Part shown: one piece after another, positions 50,344-63,074 of the stretch
Position numbering within the stretch: the stretch's first letter is position 1
Layout: each line of letters opens with the position of its first letter
From: Enoplolaimus lenunculus
Lineage: Eukaryota
DNA length: 64,000 nucleotides
Reading direction: 5' to 3'
Assembly (NCBI GenBank): GCA_030248215.1
Contig: JASANG010003696.1
Location: 310,001 to 374,000 of the forward strand
Notes under the pieces: generated by a model
The model's input: only the letters and a program-made list of their open reading frames with translations
Told to the model about the DNA's origin: nothing
Databases searched by the model: none
Made by a program: the position numbers and the translations under genes

Positions 50344-52614
50344 ATGAGTTTAGACGCAATGCTTGCAGATTTACCAAAAATGATGCAGATTGTTGAAGAT
50401 ATGCACAATCTAACGTCATATATCAACGATTTAAGGATAATAACGATTGTACTTGCAGCATCGGCGTATGTTGGGGGTAAGTATCAGTAAGAGTCGATAA
50501 TGACTCTGTTTACAAGAGTGTGCAACTGGTATATTCTGTGTGGAGAAGAATGTAACCAGCGCATGTTGAGTTTTTGGCCTACACCCTCTTATTTAAGGCG
50601 TATGTTGGGGGTAAGTATTAACAAGAGTCGATAATGACTTTTTTACAAGAGTGTGCAACTGGGTACATTCTGTGTGGGAAAGAATGTTCCCAGCGCATGT
50701 TGCGTTTTTGGCCTACACCCTCTTATTTAAGGCGTATGTTGGGGGTAAGTATTAACAAGAGTCGATAATGACTCTTTTTTACAAGAGTGTGCAACTGTGT
50801 ATATTCTGTGTGGAGAAGAATCCAGCGCATGTTGCGTTTTTGGCCTACACCCCCTTATTTAAAGAGGGTACAACCTGTACGAACCATTGCACTTTACGTA
50901 TTCGGTATCAAATATGATCCGCTCATACTTTTGTTTTGGATTTTATTGCATGTGACAGCGACCCCGTCTAAATTAGGAAAACGGGTCCGTAGCCAAGGGG
51001 TCTCAGCCCAAACTGGAAATATTTGGGCTCCCCTAGAATATTTTCAAACTTGCTTGTAAGTCATCGAAATCCGTTGAATGCTTGACCTGTGAATTTTTAG
51101 CCCCAAAAGCAAGGTGAGCCGGCTACGGACCTCTAAAGGGGGGTCGAACAAAAACGCAACGCCCGGTGGTACATTTTGTACCATTCGGAACGCCGAGAGT
51201 TGCATACTCTTGTATCATGCGCTCTTGGTATTAGCAATAGTGGATGATGACGCTTTAACAAGAGTGTGCAACTATCGACATTTGTGTGGTACAACATATA
51301 CCTCCGAGCGTTGCGTTTTTGGCCGACTCCCCGCCCCTGTTTAGGCTGGGCAATGCTGTCGCAATAAGAGGGGAGGGCTATGCTTTGCTAGAAAGTGTTA
51401 GGTATACGAAACTGCATACAGACCAGCCTCTAAAAAGGGGGTCGACCAAAACGACGCCCAATCGTTTCCAGGGGGAGACAGGCAGCTTAACAACCTTAGC
51501 AGCCTTTGACTACAGGCGGGTGCCTGGAGTTGAATTGTTAGGAGTTTTTGAAATAAGCATTTGGTTTTCAGCCATGAATGTGAAAGTTTTCTATAAATTT
51601 TTAGGCGTGGGACGGGTCGAATTCTTATAGTTTACAAACGGTAGAAATTAGTTTTCAGGGTTAAAATGTGCTCTAGGCTGACTGAGGCACGCCCTAGCCC
51701 CTTTTTGGTTTCGGGCTGGCTGTTACTTAGGTTTGAATATTTAAAAAAGCGTTGGTGAGGCTAAAAATTTGCATGTAAGATTTAGGCAAATTTCTAAACT
51801 AGATTAAATTATATTTTTATAAAACGCAATTTTTACTATATATATTTATATGTGTATATTTGTGTATATATATGTCAATTTTCTGAGGGGGGAATTGTTA
51901 GGTCGGCCTTGCCATTTTTTTACGAAAATTTCTGATGGCCCCACTCTGGATGCGCTGGTGAGCTGAGCCCGTCGAGTATTTGCCATACGAAACCGATAAA
52001 CTGACCAAGCGTACACGTCTCCCGATGCATCTCTGAATATTGTTGAATAAATGTATCCAACGAGGCATAAACGTATCCTTACGATTAGGTTTCGGCTTAG
52101 GCTTTGCGAGAAAAGCGTAGAAATGAACTATAGTCGACCCAAAAAAAACTTGCAATAATTAAATCAATTAATTGCACTTGCGTTACTTTCAGGCATATGT
52201 TTCTTGATATTCAAAATTTGCGAGTATTTTGCGTCAAAACGTCATTCAAAGCGTTGCTCATCATCGTACGTTGACAGCGGGGTTAGCGGTAATACTGGCA
52301 TAATAAGGAACGATAAATCGTTCGGCGGGGCCACAGGGTACTACGCGGCGCGCTACGGAGGTCACGAGGGTGGTAAAGACCTTGTATCGGTCCGCGTCGA
52401 CCCCCGGCATCACGCGGATATGGCTAGAACTGCGTTATTGAGTTATTATGAATCTGAACCGAAAAGTATCACACCAAGTGCTTATCGTAATGGTAGTGCC
52501 GGAGCAACTCACGCTGTTGCGTTAGCGAGCGGATGGCAACAACAGCAGCAACAGCAACAACAAAGTCATCATCAGTCGCCGGTATCCCGGTATAGTGCCG
52601 GTATAGGCGACTGA
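50344..52614 (+). CDS. Small single-pass membrane protein, 184 aa, family not recognised
   Basis: Exon 50344-50476 (MSLDAMLADLPKMMQIVEDMHNLTSYINDLRIITIVLAASAYVG, donor G|GTAAG) joins in phase to exon 52193-52614 (TTTCAG acceptor; GICFLIFKICEY... poly-Q near the C-terminus). The TM segment spans the junction. Confidence 0.8.
50463..50862 (+). repeat. 134-bp tandem triplication including the exon-1 splice donor
   Basis: GGCGTATGTTGGGGGTAAGTAT at 50463, 50597, 50731. Confidence 0.9.
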
Positions 52615-53242
52615 ACCGGAACCCGTGTCAAAAATACAAAACACTTTTCGCGTTTTTCGAACAACAACGTTTGTATTGAAGCCTAAAATAGCGTTCAGTA
52701 CGAGCACCAAAAACCGTATTTACGAACACGGTTTTGTAACTCGAACGATTCATTATTCAACGTTGTCTTGGCTTAAAGCGTTTTGAAAGATGCCATTTGA
52801 AACGTGAAAAGTGTTTAAAATAGCGTTTTATTTTTGACATTTTGTCGTTCGGAATGAAATGACAACACTGGGATGTATGTTTTGATTACGGGGGCAGTAG
52901 AACGTACGTTGAACGTCGGATTATTGAGTTGAAATAAGGAAATTACATAATTTGAATAATTTCATTGTGTTTTTGAGTTTAAATTCGATGGAACCTTGTT
53001 CAGGGTTGCAATTTTATAATGTGTCATCGTGTGCCGGTATTCGAGGACTGCAAGAAGTGTATGGTACAATCGATATATGTGCATATTGCTATTGTGTGCC
53101 AGTACTGTTATATTCTCAAATGTGTGTAGCACCTATCACACAATTGATGAAGATCGTACAGACTCATTGAGCTAGTAAGGCCTTAGATATTGGGATGCAG
53201 TGAATATTTTGAAGAACTGCTTGTTGTTGCTGTACAACTATC

Positions 53243-53436
53243 GGCCAATGTAAGGAACAGGAACGGAACAGTATTATAAGCATACTCCTAAGCCTAAGCC
53301 AAAGCGTAAGAATGAGCAAATTCCTAAGCCTAAGCCTAAGACTAAGCCTATGCCTAGCAAAAAATTATTGTTAAGGTTAAACTTACTCTATTGCAGTCCC
53401 ATAAAAAACTCCCCACCTCTGATCTTTAAATGGGCC
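53243..53436 (+). mobile_element. Telomere-repeat MITE family A
   Basis: GGCCAATGT...ATGGGCC, TSD CAACTATC/CAAGTATG. Confidence 0.8.
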
Positions 53437-54253
53437 CAAGTATGGTTCATTTATGTAACTGATCTGATCCGATTGTTGAAATTGCAGGATAAAGATTGTA
53501 AGTACCAAAAGCTGTAAATGTAAACCTTGCATTAATTTATTCAACCAGTTTCAGTAGCAGTTTAGGTTCTAAGTCGCAGTTCTTCTTTGTCATCAGTCAA
53601 ATTTATGAGAGGTACAAGAATGACGGCAGCGGCCGGTCCACCTCGCCCTACTCCCAGTGGGATTGTCTCAACCGCCCCATGGGGCCCCAGCTGAAACCGT
53701 ACCCTACCGACCCTTCGAAAAAACAGATAAATAACGAAAAATTTACAAAATTTCAGCAATTTTCATGTTGATTTCCATAACTTTATGCATATTAATTTAT
53801 CTTTTCGAAACTTTTACTTCAATGCTGTTCAGTTACAAACTACTGAATTTAGTAAGCAGCTTACCAGAAAAATTTAATGAACAATGAAATTTGGGATATT
53901 TACTTTGCCAAAAAAAGGTTTCAGCTTTAATACTTTTGAGGTATAATTTTCAAAACCGAGACCAAATTTTGTCAATTTTTATCCAAAATTTGCCGCATGA
54001 CGACGGACTACTATGAGGTGGACAAATCCGCTCCCAATTCATATGGTTTATAATGTCCCGCGGGGTTCCATACCCCATTTCCATCTCTGGTATTTACAAT
54101 AATTAAGAATCCAAGACACGTTTCGGCGCCGGAACATTTACCTCAAATTAGTGCGTTTTGTTGTTCAAAATTACTCAAAGATTCAACTCAGAAATTCGAA
54201 GCTTCCTTTCAATTTAGGGTTCTGAAATTTGGCCAGGTTCGCTACATTCCTTT

Positions 54254-54340
54254 CAGGGTGCAACCGGAATCCCGGTTCCGGCATTTTTTTGCCTGGTTCC
54301 AGTTTCGGTTCCGGTAAATTGTAATTCCGGTTGCACCCAG
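54254..54340. mobile_element. 87-bp hAT-type mini-MITE with the same TIR as 31268-31616
   Basis: CAGGGTGCAACCGGAAT...ATTCCGGTTGCACCCAG; perfect TSD ATTCCTTT. Confidence 0.85.
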
Positions 54341-55147
54341 ATTCCTTTAGCTGCCGTACTGTATATAATGCGTTTTTGATATGTTTACAAGTGCCATGAT
54401 ATAAACTATAATTTTCGTATTGCTATTGTGTCAATTGTTTTACTGTTATCAAGGACACTGAGTTAAGATCGGTAGAAATGTTGGTATTTTCAATTAATGG
54501 CTTGCATCCATGGTGTAACTGAATAGTAAAAATAACGAAAACACAAAACGCATATTGAAGTACAAAAGTTTCAAAGATGCTTATTTTACACAACACCATT
54601 GAGGCAAAAAAAAGAATAGCGGAAGCGCTGAAATTTTTAAGATTTTGGATGAATTTCGTAATTTTTATTTAATAACGAACAATTGCAGCATTTCTGTAAA
54701 GAAAAATTGTCAAATATACACGTGATTTACAACTAATTTTCAGCGTAAAAATGACGAATTTTCGTCATTTTTATAACGGATGCGGAAACGAACTATTTTG
54801 GCCGCAAACGGCTATCCGGCTACACCATGGCTGTATTTGTCTTCAAATCTACAGTTCTTGGATCGTATTCTCGAATGTGTGTAGCCCCTATCACCGGTTA
54901 GTAATAGGTTTTCGTCGGCACCCCAGCGAGCTGTTAAGTTGGTTTTGGTTAAATATTCAGACCCATGTCAAAAACAGAAGTCTGCCCACGGAGACCAGAG
55001 ACTGGACGACTTAGACACTTAAATGCTTTAGCTAAACACGTGGGTTAGGCGTAGGATTAGCTTATCTTTAAGCATACACTTAATGTTAGGTTTAGCCTTA
55101 ACACTTAGCACGGATTTAACGTTTTATTGTTATTATGCTGAGTCCTA

Positions 55148-55316
55148 CACTGCAAAAAATGGTGAGTCAAATTGACTATCCAAAATAGGCTTTTCGAAAC
55201 TACAAAAACCGAGTCAAAATTCGTCTCCGCCAAAATCAACGAATTTGACTCAGTTTGTGTAGTTCCGAACAGCCCATTTCGGAGAGAGTCAATTTGACTC
55301 ACCATTTTTTGCAGTG
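55148..55316. mobile_element. Tc1/mariner-type MITE (TA TSD), CACTGCAAAAAATGGTGAGTCAAATTGAC family
   Basis: TA|CACTGCAAAAAATGG...CCATTTTTTGCAGTG|TA; other full or partial copies at about 878-1034, 1484-1570, 18684-18835, 32236-32433, 40150-40239. Confidence 0.85.
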
Positions 55317-55669
55317 TAATAGTTAACAAATGCCAATATTCATATAAAGTTTAGATGTGTCTTTTGAATTGTTATATCGTTTTGAAATTGGTAATAAAAA
55401 TGTTTACAGTTGCATCTACAAATGCAGGTTTTGCACCTACTGCTTAATGCTTTTAAGCTGAATTTTGATGAAAATTCAACCGAAAATCGGAAAGGAAATT
55501 TTGTATTTTTAAAAATCTATTTTATGCAGAAACTTTTCGGTTTTAAGAGGTAATATTGTTGGACGTTGTGATGTTTTTGAATTTATTGGCAGAAAAAGTT
55601 TTGCCATGTGCGTATAAATGGAAAAACAAGAAGGCATATCGCTTTGTGAAATATCTTGAGACAAGATTC

Positions 55670-55873
55670 GACCCATGTAAAGATCAGGGGCGGAGAGTTT
55701 TTCTGCGGCACTGCAATAGTGTAAGCTTAAGCGGAAGACTATTTTTTGCTTATGCTTAGGATTTTATGCTTAGCTTAAGTATAAGCGCATTCTTACGCTT
55801 GCGCTTAAGCTTAGACTTTTCGGCTTTGGAATATGCTTATTCTAGTCTTACAGCGCTGTTCTACACATTGGCC
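55670..55873 (-). mobile_element. Telomere-repeat MITE family A
   Basis: GACCCATGTAAAGATCAGGGG...ACATTGGCC; degenerate TTAGGC array. Confidence 0.75.
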
Positions 55874-55889
55874 AAAATTCTATTCATTA

Positions 55890-56014
55890 AGCCCCATTCG
55901 CACGTACAAGTTTTGGCAGTAAAACTTTCACGTGCAACTTGCATTTGCAGGATTGGTAACAAAGCAGCTTTGAAGGTCTTCTCGCTACAAAAACTTGCAC
56001 GTGTGAATGGGGCT
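55890..56014. mobile_element. Harbinger-type MITE
   Basis: TTA|AGCCCCATTCGCACGTACAAG...CTTGCACGTGTGAATGGGGCT|TAA. Confidence 0.75.
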
Positions 56015-56842
56015 TAAGGCTTTATTATATTGAATTTTAAAAGATAAGAAATTCCTCGCATTTGCATGCTCGCTCGACAAATTTAGACGATCTCGAGATG
56101 AAATCATGGTTACGGCCAAAGCTTTGGCTGCTGCTTTTACGATCGCCGTGTTGTCCGACAGGCACCAATGGAGAATGTTCAGGATTTAGGCTTAAAGTCT
56201 TAGGCTTAAAATGAGGCTTAAGATGCAATCGATGTTGGCCAATGTAAAGAACAAGGGCGAAACAGTATAATAAGCTAATTCCTAAGCCTGAGCGTAAGGC
56301 TAAAAGCCAAAGCCTAACATTAATAATGAGCATATTGCTAAACCTAAGCCTAAGCCTAAGCCAGGAAAAAATTATTCTAAATTTTAAGCTTCCTCTTTCG
56401 TAGTCTCATAGAAAAACATTCCGCCCCAAGCATAAGCCAGGCAAGAAAATATTCAAAATTTTAAGCTTCCTCTTTTCCAGTCCCACAGAAAAAGCGTTCC
56501 GTCCCTGATCTTTACGGGGGGCTCAAAGTATATTAAAGTTTACCTTGACAATTGTAGTTTAGTCGGAAAAAATGCTTAAAATTCATTGCCTAGCAATGCC
56601 GTAGCGAAAAATTACAATCTGACTGCGGCTAATGTTATTGGTTGAATTCTAGTGTCGAATTTTTGATTTGAAATTGTCAATTGAAATTCTCTACTTTTAT
56701 TCTTTCCACGGAGAAAACCCATTTATAATTTGCTCAACTTGTATTTGAACCGTTTTTTGTGTTTAAACTTGGGTTGAAAAATAATTTGGCATTTTTAAAC
56801 TTGTTCATTTTTCGATCGACACTTGCGGACTGAGGCATAAAA

Positions 56843-59800
56843 ATGGCGAGTCAAAAATCAGGAATATCCGGTTCTGAAGTCAGCGAAAGTGGTGCATCGA
56901 GTGCAGCGTCGGAAAGCGGAACTTCCGAAAGCGGAACGTCGGAAAGTGGTGCGTCTGAGAGCGGAACCGAAGGCACTTCGGCATCTGTAAGTATCGGTTT
57001 TATAGTTAAAGTTCATTTGAAAAATAAAAATCAGAAAATCAGCTGTAAAGAATTAAAAATTAATCTCAGACTACGAAAGAATTAGCTTTGAAATATGGAG
57101 GCTCGTGTATACAAAGTCCAATGTTACTTTTAGGGCCGCCCTGTTTTTCCACGACTGCGATAGAGTAGGATTAGATTTTAGACTATTTCTTTAAGGTTTA
57201 GGCTTAGAATTAACACACATTTTTATATGGTTAGGCTATGCTTTAGTCTTAGAAATAGGAGTAGCAACTAAAAGTAACATTGATTTGTAGGAACATGACT
57301 AACTGGGTTTACAAAATTATTCCCGGGTGTGACCGGATATCCGTTTTAGTTTTCGGCAAAATTTGAAAAGGTATACCTAAAGCTTAAGAGTATCCTAACT
57401 GTTAGTCTAACGGCTTTTCCTAAGCCAAAGCTTGACATTAAGCCGAGGCGAATCCAGAAATTTATGACGGGGCGGGCTAGCAAATGTTACGAAACCCAAT
57501 TTTCACTGTATGCTATATATACCATTGGCAGCGAAAAATTGTAACCTTACCGTTTTATCACAAAAAAAGTTAGCCGAACGTAACCAATGTTCTGGATCCG
57601 CTAGTGACACTAAACCTAAGCGTTTAAGCTTTAAATGTGAGCAAAGTGTAGAAACGCCGACAAATTCATACATGCGTTTTAAAATACTGTCTTCGATTAC
57701 AGGACGTTTCGAGTGCATCGAGTACATCTCGAACAGCGACATCGTTGGGGCGAAGTGGCGCATCATCAACATCTGGCGCGGTCACAAAATCAAGAGGCGA
57801 CGATGAAGAAGTTTTCTCGACCCGAATTTCGCAAGCTGTCGATGCCAAAGAAGTCAGTATGGCTGGTATGTGAATTTTGAACTCAGTTTACCAGGAGTTT
57901 CAATTGAGATGGCTCTCGGCAACCAAGAGTTATAGGTAAGGTTGAGTTTTTGACGAATCCACGAGTGAAGCTAACGAGAAGCGAGACGTAATTTTAGTAT
58001 TAATATTCATTGTGTTTGCATCAGTCGCAAAACGTTTATGGGTTCATAGAATGGGGGGTCTGATGCCGCTAGACCCTCCGTGGCTACGCGCTTGATATCT
58101 GCAAGCGAAAGTGGACGTGGTCATTAGATTGAAGTTATATACACGAGAAAGGGTTAAATAATAATTATAATGTGCATTATACGTTTATTTAAAGTCTTGA
58201 CTATTTTTCTCGAAGATTGTTCCAACTGTGCATTTACACTCTTCTTATTTTGGAACCCATGTAAAAATCAAGGTCCCGACGTTCTGCTACAGGGCTGAAA
58301 TGGAATAAGCTAAAAATTTACTACACTAGTTTTTGCTTAAGCTTAAGCTTAGGGTAGGTTTAGGTATAAGCTCATTTTTATTCTTTAGGTTTATGCTTCG
58401 GCTTTTAGGACTATGCGTTTACTACCTATTACGGTCATGTTCTGTACATTGGTTATATTTTGGGCCAATTAAATTTTAGGTCCGGGTTTGAGTGAAAAAG
58501 AACAAGATCGGCTGGCACAAAAGGTTAAAGCTCAAAGTCAAGCCGCTGCGATTCCGGAAGCCAAAGGACCGAAAACTGGTCGCCGGTTGTATATCATGCG
58601 GCACGCGGAGCGGATGGATCGAATATTTCCAGGCTGGAATCGGCTCGCGTTCACAGATTTAGGTACGTTTTCGAAGCAGTTGAACCTATCACTAGTCTAG
58701 GACCGATCGGCCAAGAACTTGAGATGTTTCTTATCTGAACAGTTTTAATATAATCAGGTGCGAGCCGGGCCGTAACCAGCTCACCTTGCCTGAGGGCTTA
58801 AAGAATTTCAGTATTGTATACAAGGGTTTTTGATGACTTAACAAACAACATTGAAAATTTTCCAGGGGAGTTAAATACTTCCAGCGGGGCTCGGACCCCC
58901 TTTCTGGCATCGTCTGGCTAAGGACGCAGGCACGAACCGGATTCAATCGCACAGCCTCCGTATCTTCAAACTGCCCATATACTCCCTACATTATCCAGCG
59001 CATCGATCCAACTTGTTCTTATAAAGTTGATTATGTATGTGGAAATGCATACTGCCAGCATGCATACTGTTGAACCAAAACTTGCCAAATTTTGAACCCA
59101 TCTGGCGAAATCAGTGGTCTACAATTTTAATAGAATTTGTACTACGTAAGATATCACGGCCAATGTAAAGAACAGGGGCGGAACAGTACTATAACCATAT
59201 TCCAAAGCCTAAACCTAAGCCCAAACCTAAACCTAAGCTTAAGAATGAGCATATTCCTAAGCCTAAGCCAAGGAAAAATAGTCTAAAGTTTAAGCTTACT
59301 CTATTGCAGTCATTCAGAAAAACGTTCCGCCCCTGTCTTTACATGGGCCGATATCACAGTTTGATCGTTCAGTGCTCTTTACTTTTAGTGATAGGTTGTG
59401 CTATACTTGACCATTTGAGAATAATGTGCGGTATATCATAGTCTGCTTAAACCTATTTCGCTTCGTATGGGTGCCGTTGATAAGCTTAAAAGATTTGGTT
59501 GAATAACATATTTGAAAACAAGAACTGACTGAATTTGGAACGCTCTTGTTAATCGATAAGAGGCGACATATCAATTTGAAAATACAACGCCAATATCGTA
59601 AATTTCAAACTCAGGCACACTTTCTCAAACATTTCAGGTTACGGCTTAGGCTTAGGTTCAGGCTTAAGCGAAGTTGTAGTCTTAGGCAAAGGTGTAGACT
59701 TATAGATAAGCGTTTTCCGAAACCTAAGCCTAAACTTGAGCCAAAGCCTAAGTCTGTGTGGGCTGGAAACTAATTTCTTAGCACCCGAATCGTTTCTGGG

Positions 59801-62800
59801 ACTACAACTTCACAACCAGGTCCTTAGATTCTCGTACCAAATTCGCAAACCACAGCCAGCCGATGATTTTTTTGGATTTTTAGGCAAATACCGACCGTAC
59901 GACTTGAATCAACCGCTAACGCTGCCCAAACGCGGCGGAGGACCGACTCATTTTACCAACGATACTCCGATCACCGAAATGGGCTATGTTGCAAGCCAAA
60001 TGATTGGACGTGGAATGCGATTAAATCGCGTCAACGTCGCTGCGATTTATTGTTCACCGGCGTTACGATGCGTTCAAACTGCGTACGGACTGTTAAAAAG
60101 TACTGTTGCGTTCAAACTGCAATTCGCTTTGCAAGTGTTGAAGGTTAAATTAACGGGGCCCATGTATAGAACAGGGCCGGATCGTTTTCCGGAGGGGCCA
60201 TAATAGGGTCAGTTTAAGGTTTTGACTAATTTTCTTGTGTAGGTTTAGGCTTAGGCTCAGGCTTAGGCTTAGGAATAGGCTCTTCCATACGCTTAGGCTT
60301 ATTGTTAGGCTTATTGTTAGGCTTAGGCTTAGGAATATGCTTATAATACTGTTCCGGCCCTGTTCTGTACAAGGGCCAATTAAGGTTAAGGGTGGCACTA
60401 TACTAGTCGTGTGGCACCGTCCGTCGTACGATACCGTATGGTGACGGACGGTGATGACAGGAGCCGTCCGGCGCCGGACGTCGATAAAAGTATAGTGCAA
60501 CCCTTAATCAACTTGATATATTCAATATTGGCGGAAATAGATACGCTGAATCCAACCTCTCACTAGTGGCAAATAAATTGAAGTTTGTTTTAAAATATAG
60601 TATAAAAATTAATAAAAAATGTTTTGCATTGAAATTATCATCTACATAATACGAGAATTTTTATTTTATTTTCGCGTCGTAAATGTGGTCGTTTAAACCA
60701 TATAAGACTGTTGAACTGTTTTTAGTGGGTTTCTGGTTTTTAAAATATATTTTAACTATGGCTTAAGTACATTTCAGTTAGCAAAATTACACTTTCCAGT
60801 GTCAATGAAAAAATCGTTTAGTACATAATTCTAGCACCAGGCAACGCTGTTTCCAATTAACGACTGCAAGCATAAATGTTTAGCTGTAATTTTAGCTTTA
60901 AATCTTCCAATTCAAATCAAACTCGAACCAGGCCTGTTTGAATGGATGGCGTGGTATGAATCTCCACCGGTTTGGATGACACCGAATGAGCTGAAAGATA
61001 CCGGATACCCAAGTATCCTCGGCCCATGTTACTTTTAGGGGCGTCCACGTTTCTGTTGGGTCTATAAAAAAGTCGGTTTAGGCTCTAGATTCTGTTTTTT
61101 AGCTTAGACTTAGGCTTACGCTTAGGAACACACATTTGTAATGCTTACGTCAGGGTTTAGGCTTAGTAATACGCTTAATCTATTGTTACGCCCCTAAAAG
61201 TAACATTGGCCAAAATCGTAGTATTTTATATATTTATTTATATATATTTTTATATATTTTATATATATTGAAGATAAGAAAAAAAGCTTTTCTTTACGCT
61301 GTAAAATCAGTCACTCATCCAGCTCAGTTAAAACGATTGAATTAGGATCCTGACGAAAACAATTCCCAGTTACACTTCGCAACAAATGTTTGGTCGCGAG
61401 AAATTTGTGTGCTGCCTGAATTGTAATATTAATAAACAAGTCGAGCTAATTGATGTTTATCTTAATGAAATATGTGATTTCTTTTTATATTTACTTTTTG
61501 TTTTATTGTTTTTTCAGTTGACACCAGTTACAAAGCCTTTATCGAGGTTGGCGAATTGGTCAAACATTACTTAAAAGAATCGTCAATGGAACACTATGAG
61601 CGATACGCGAAAGTTGTCAATAATATACTTGAAAACAATAAATGTAAGCGAAATTGTAAAGTGCGCTATAAAGCCTAAAACTAAGCCTAAGCCTAAGCTT
61701 AACGCTAAGTCTGGAGCTAATACGGCTAAGCATATTAATGATAGGCGACAAATTGTCGAGTGGCCAAAATTTTAGATTGTAGGTCGCCCGTCGATGGACG
61801 AGTTGTCGCGTGACAAATTCACATAATACCATCGCCACAGCACGCGTTAGGGCGGAGGCAGTCCGTAAAATTCCACGGAGAAAGCGCTTGCGATGATTAA
61901 AATATTTTTAAATTGTGAAATTTTCAATTTTAAATATACATACCCAAGTTGAATATTAACGGCTATTGTGTATTAAAATTTTGTCAGGGTGGGGGTCCCT
62001 GTTTGTGTTGCTCCCTCGTAAATGGGGGTATGCGGGATGACTCCTCCGGTCCTTCAGTGATACCGAAGGATTGGGATGTCTTTGTAGAGTAAAGACAATT
62101 TTAAAATAATATTCCTAGACTAAACAAACATTTTAAACATTGACAAGTGAACGTAAGCAACAGTTAGAAAGTTAAAAAATTAAAAAAACGCGAGTCTTTG
62201 AGAAATAGTTTTTCGTGTTTACTACTTTGACCCATGTAAAGATCAGGGGCGAAACGTTTTTCGGTGGGACTGCAATAGAGTAACGTTAAGGTTTATACAG
62301 ATTTTTTGCTTGGCTTATAGGCTTAGACTTAGAAATATGCTCATTCTTTTACGCTTAGGTTTAGGTTTAGGCTTAGGCTTAGGAATACGTTTATAATACT
62401 GTTCCGTCCCTGTTCTTTACATTGGCCACTACTTTTGAGATATTTTAACTCTCTGGATAGAAAATATGGCTAGTTTACAATTCAAATTCAAAAAAGTTTT
62501 GCCCCGTCGGCGCAATCGATCAATCTTAAAATATAAAACAAAAAATACTTATATTTAAGTTTAACGCGAGTTTAAGTTTAACGTATTTTTGGTTTAAGTA
62601 ACAAATGCAGCCCAGAAATTATTTGTATCGAAGTGTTCAGTAAGTTTATATTAAATTAAAAATATCTAAGATTTTAAATGGGTTTAAGCGTAATCCTGCG
62701 TGTTATAGTTTAGTCTTGAAAATAGTTTATTACTGCATTATTAGCTTAGGCTTAAATCAAGTTAGTTCAAGTCATAGACACTGCAATAACACAACCGAAA

Positions 62801-63074
62801 TATCAAATTGCTTGTCTATATTTTAGCTCCCGGAGCAATTCTGATCATCGGACACGGAACCAGCCTGGATGCGTCCCGAAAAGTCCTTGGTAAACAAATC
62901 GATCCGTTGTCTCGGGCCGAAATGGATCGCATGGGCCTTCACTATCCATACTGCGCCGTCGTTGCGATGGAAGAGCTACAGAACAAAGCATGGCGAGTCA
63001 TTCACAATCCAATCCCGTCGATTACTTATCTCGATTTTTCGAATCGTTTGAATTTTACATTTTTTAACCGATGA
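56843..63074 (+). CDS. Histidine phosphatase (PGM superfamily branch 1), Sts/UBASH3 / ecdysteroid-phosphate-phosphatase-like, 398 aa, Ser/Gly-rich N-terminus, no UBA/SH3
   Basis: Seven in-phase exons 56843-56986, 57703-57865, 58480-58662, 59884-60099, 60896-61012, 61518-61643, 62827-63074. Motifs RRLYIMRHAERMD, YRPYDLNQP, DTPITEMG, YCSPALRCVQTA, IKLEPGLFEW, LIIGHG, PYCA. Confidence 0.92.
59158..59349 (+). mobile_element. Telomere-repeat (GCCTAA)-carrying MITE, family A, intact copy
   Basis: TIR GGCCAATGTAAAGAACAGGGGCGGAAC...GTTCCGCCCCTGTCTTTACATGGGCC; perfect 8-bp TSD GATATCAC; internal GCCTAA/ACCTAA array. Confidence 0.9.
60157..60377 (-). mobile_element. Telomere-repeat MITE family A variant
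   Basis: GGCCCATGTATAGAACAGGGCCGG...CCGGCCCTGTTCTGTACAAGGGCC; flanks AATTAACGG/AATTAAGG. Confidence 0.8.
60389..60504. mobile_element. Harbinger-type MITE with internal GC-rich hairpins
   Basis: TTA|AGGGTGGCACTATACT...AGTATAGTGCAACCCT|TAA. Confidence 0.75.
61021..61211 (-). mobile_element. Telomere-repeat MITE family B, 8 bp downstream of a splice donor
   Basis: GGCCCATGTTACTTTTAGGGGCGT...ACGCCCCTAAAAGTAACATTGGCC. Confidence 0.82.
62229..62427 (-). mobile_element. Telomere-repeat MITE family A, intact copy
   Basis: Same TIRs in reverse orientation; perfect 8-bp TSD ACTACTTT; TTAGGC array. Confidence 0.9.
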
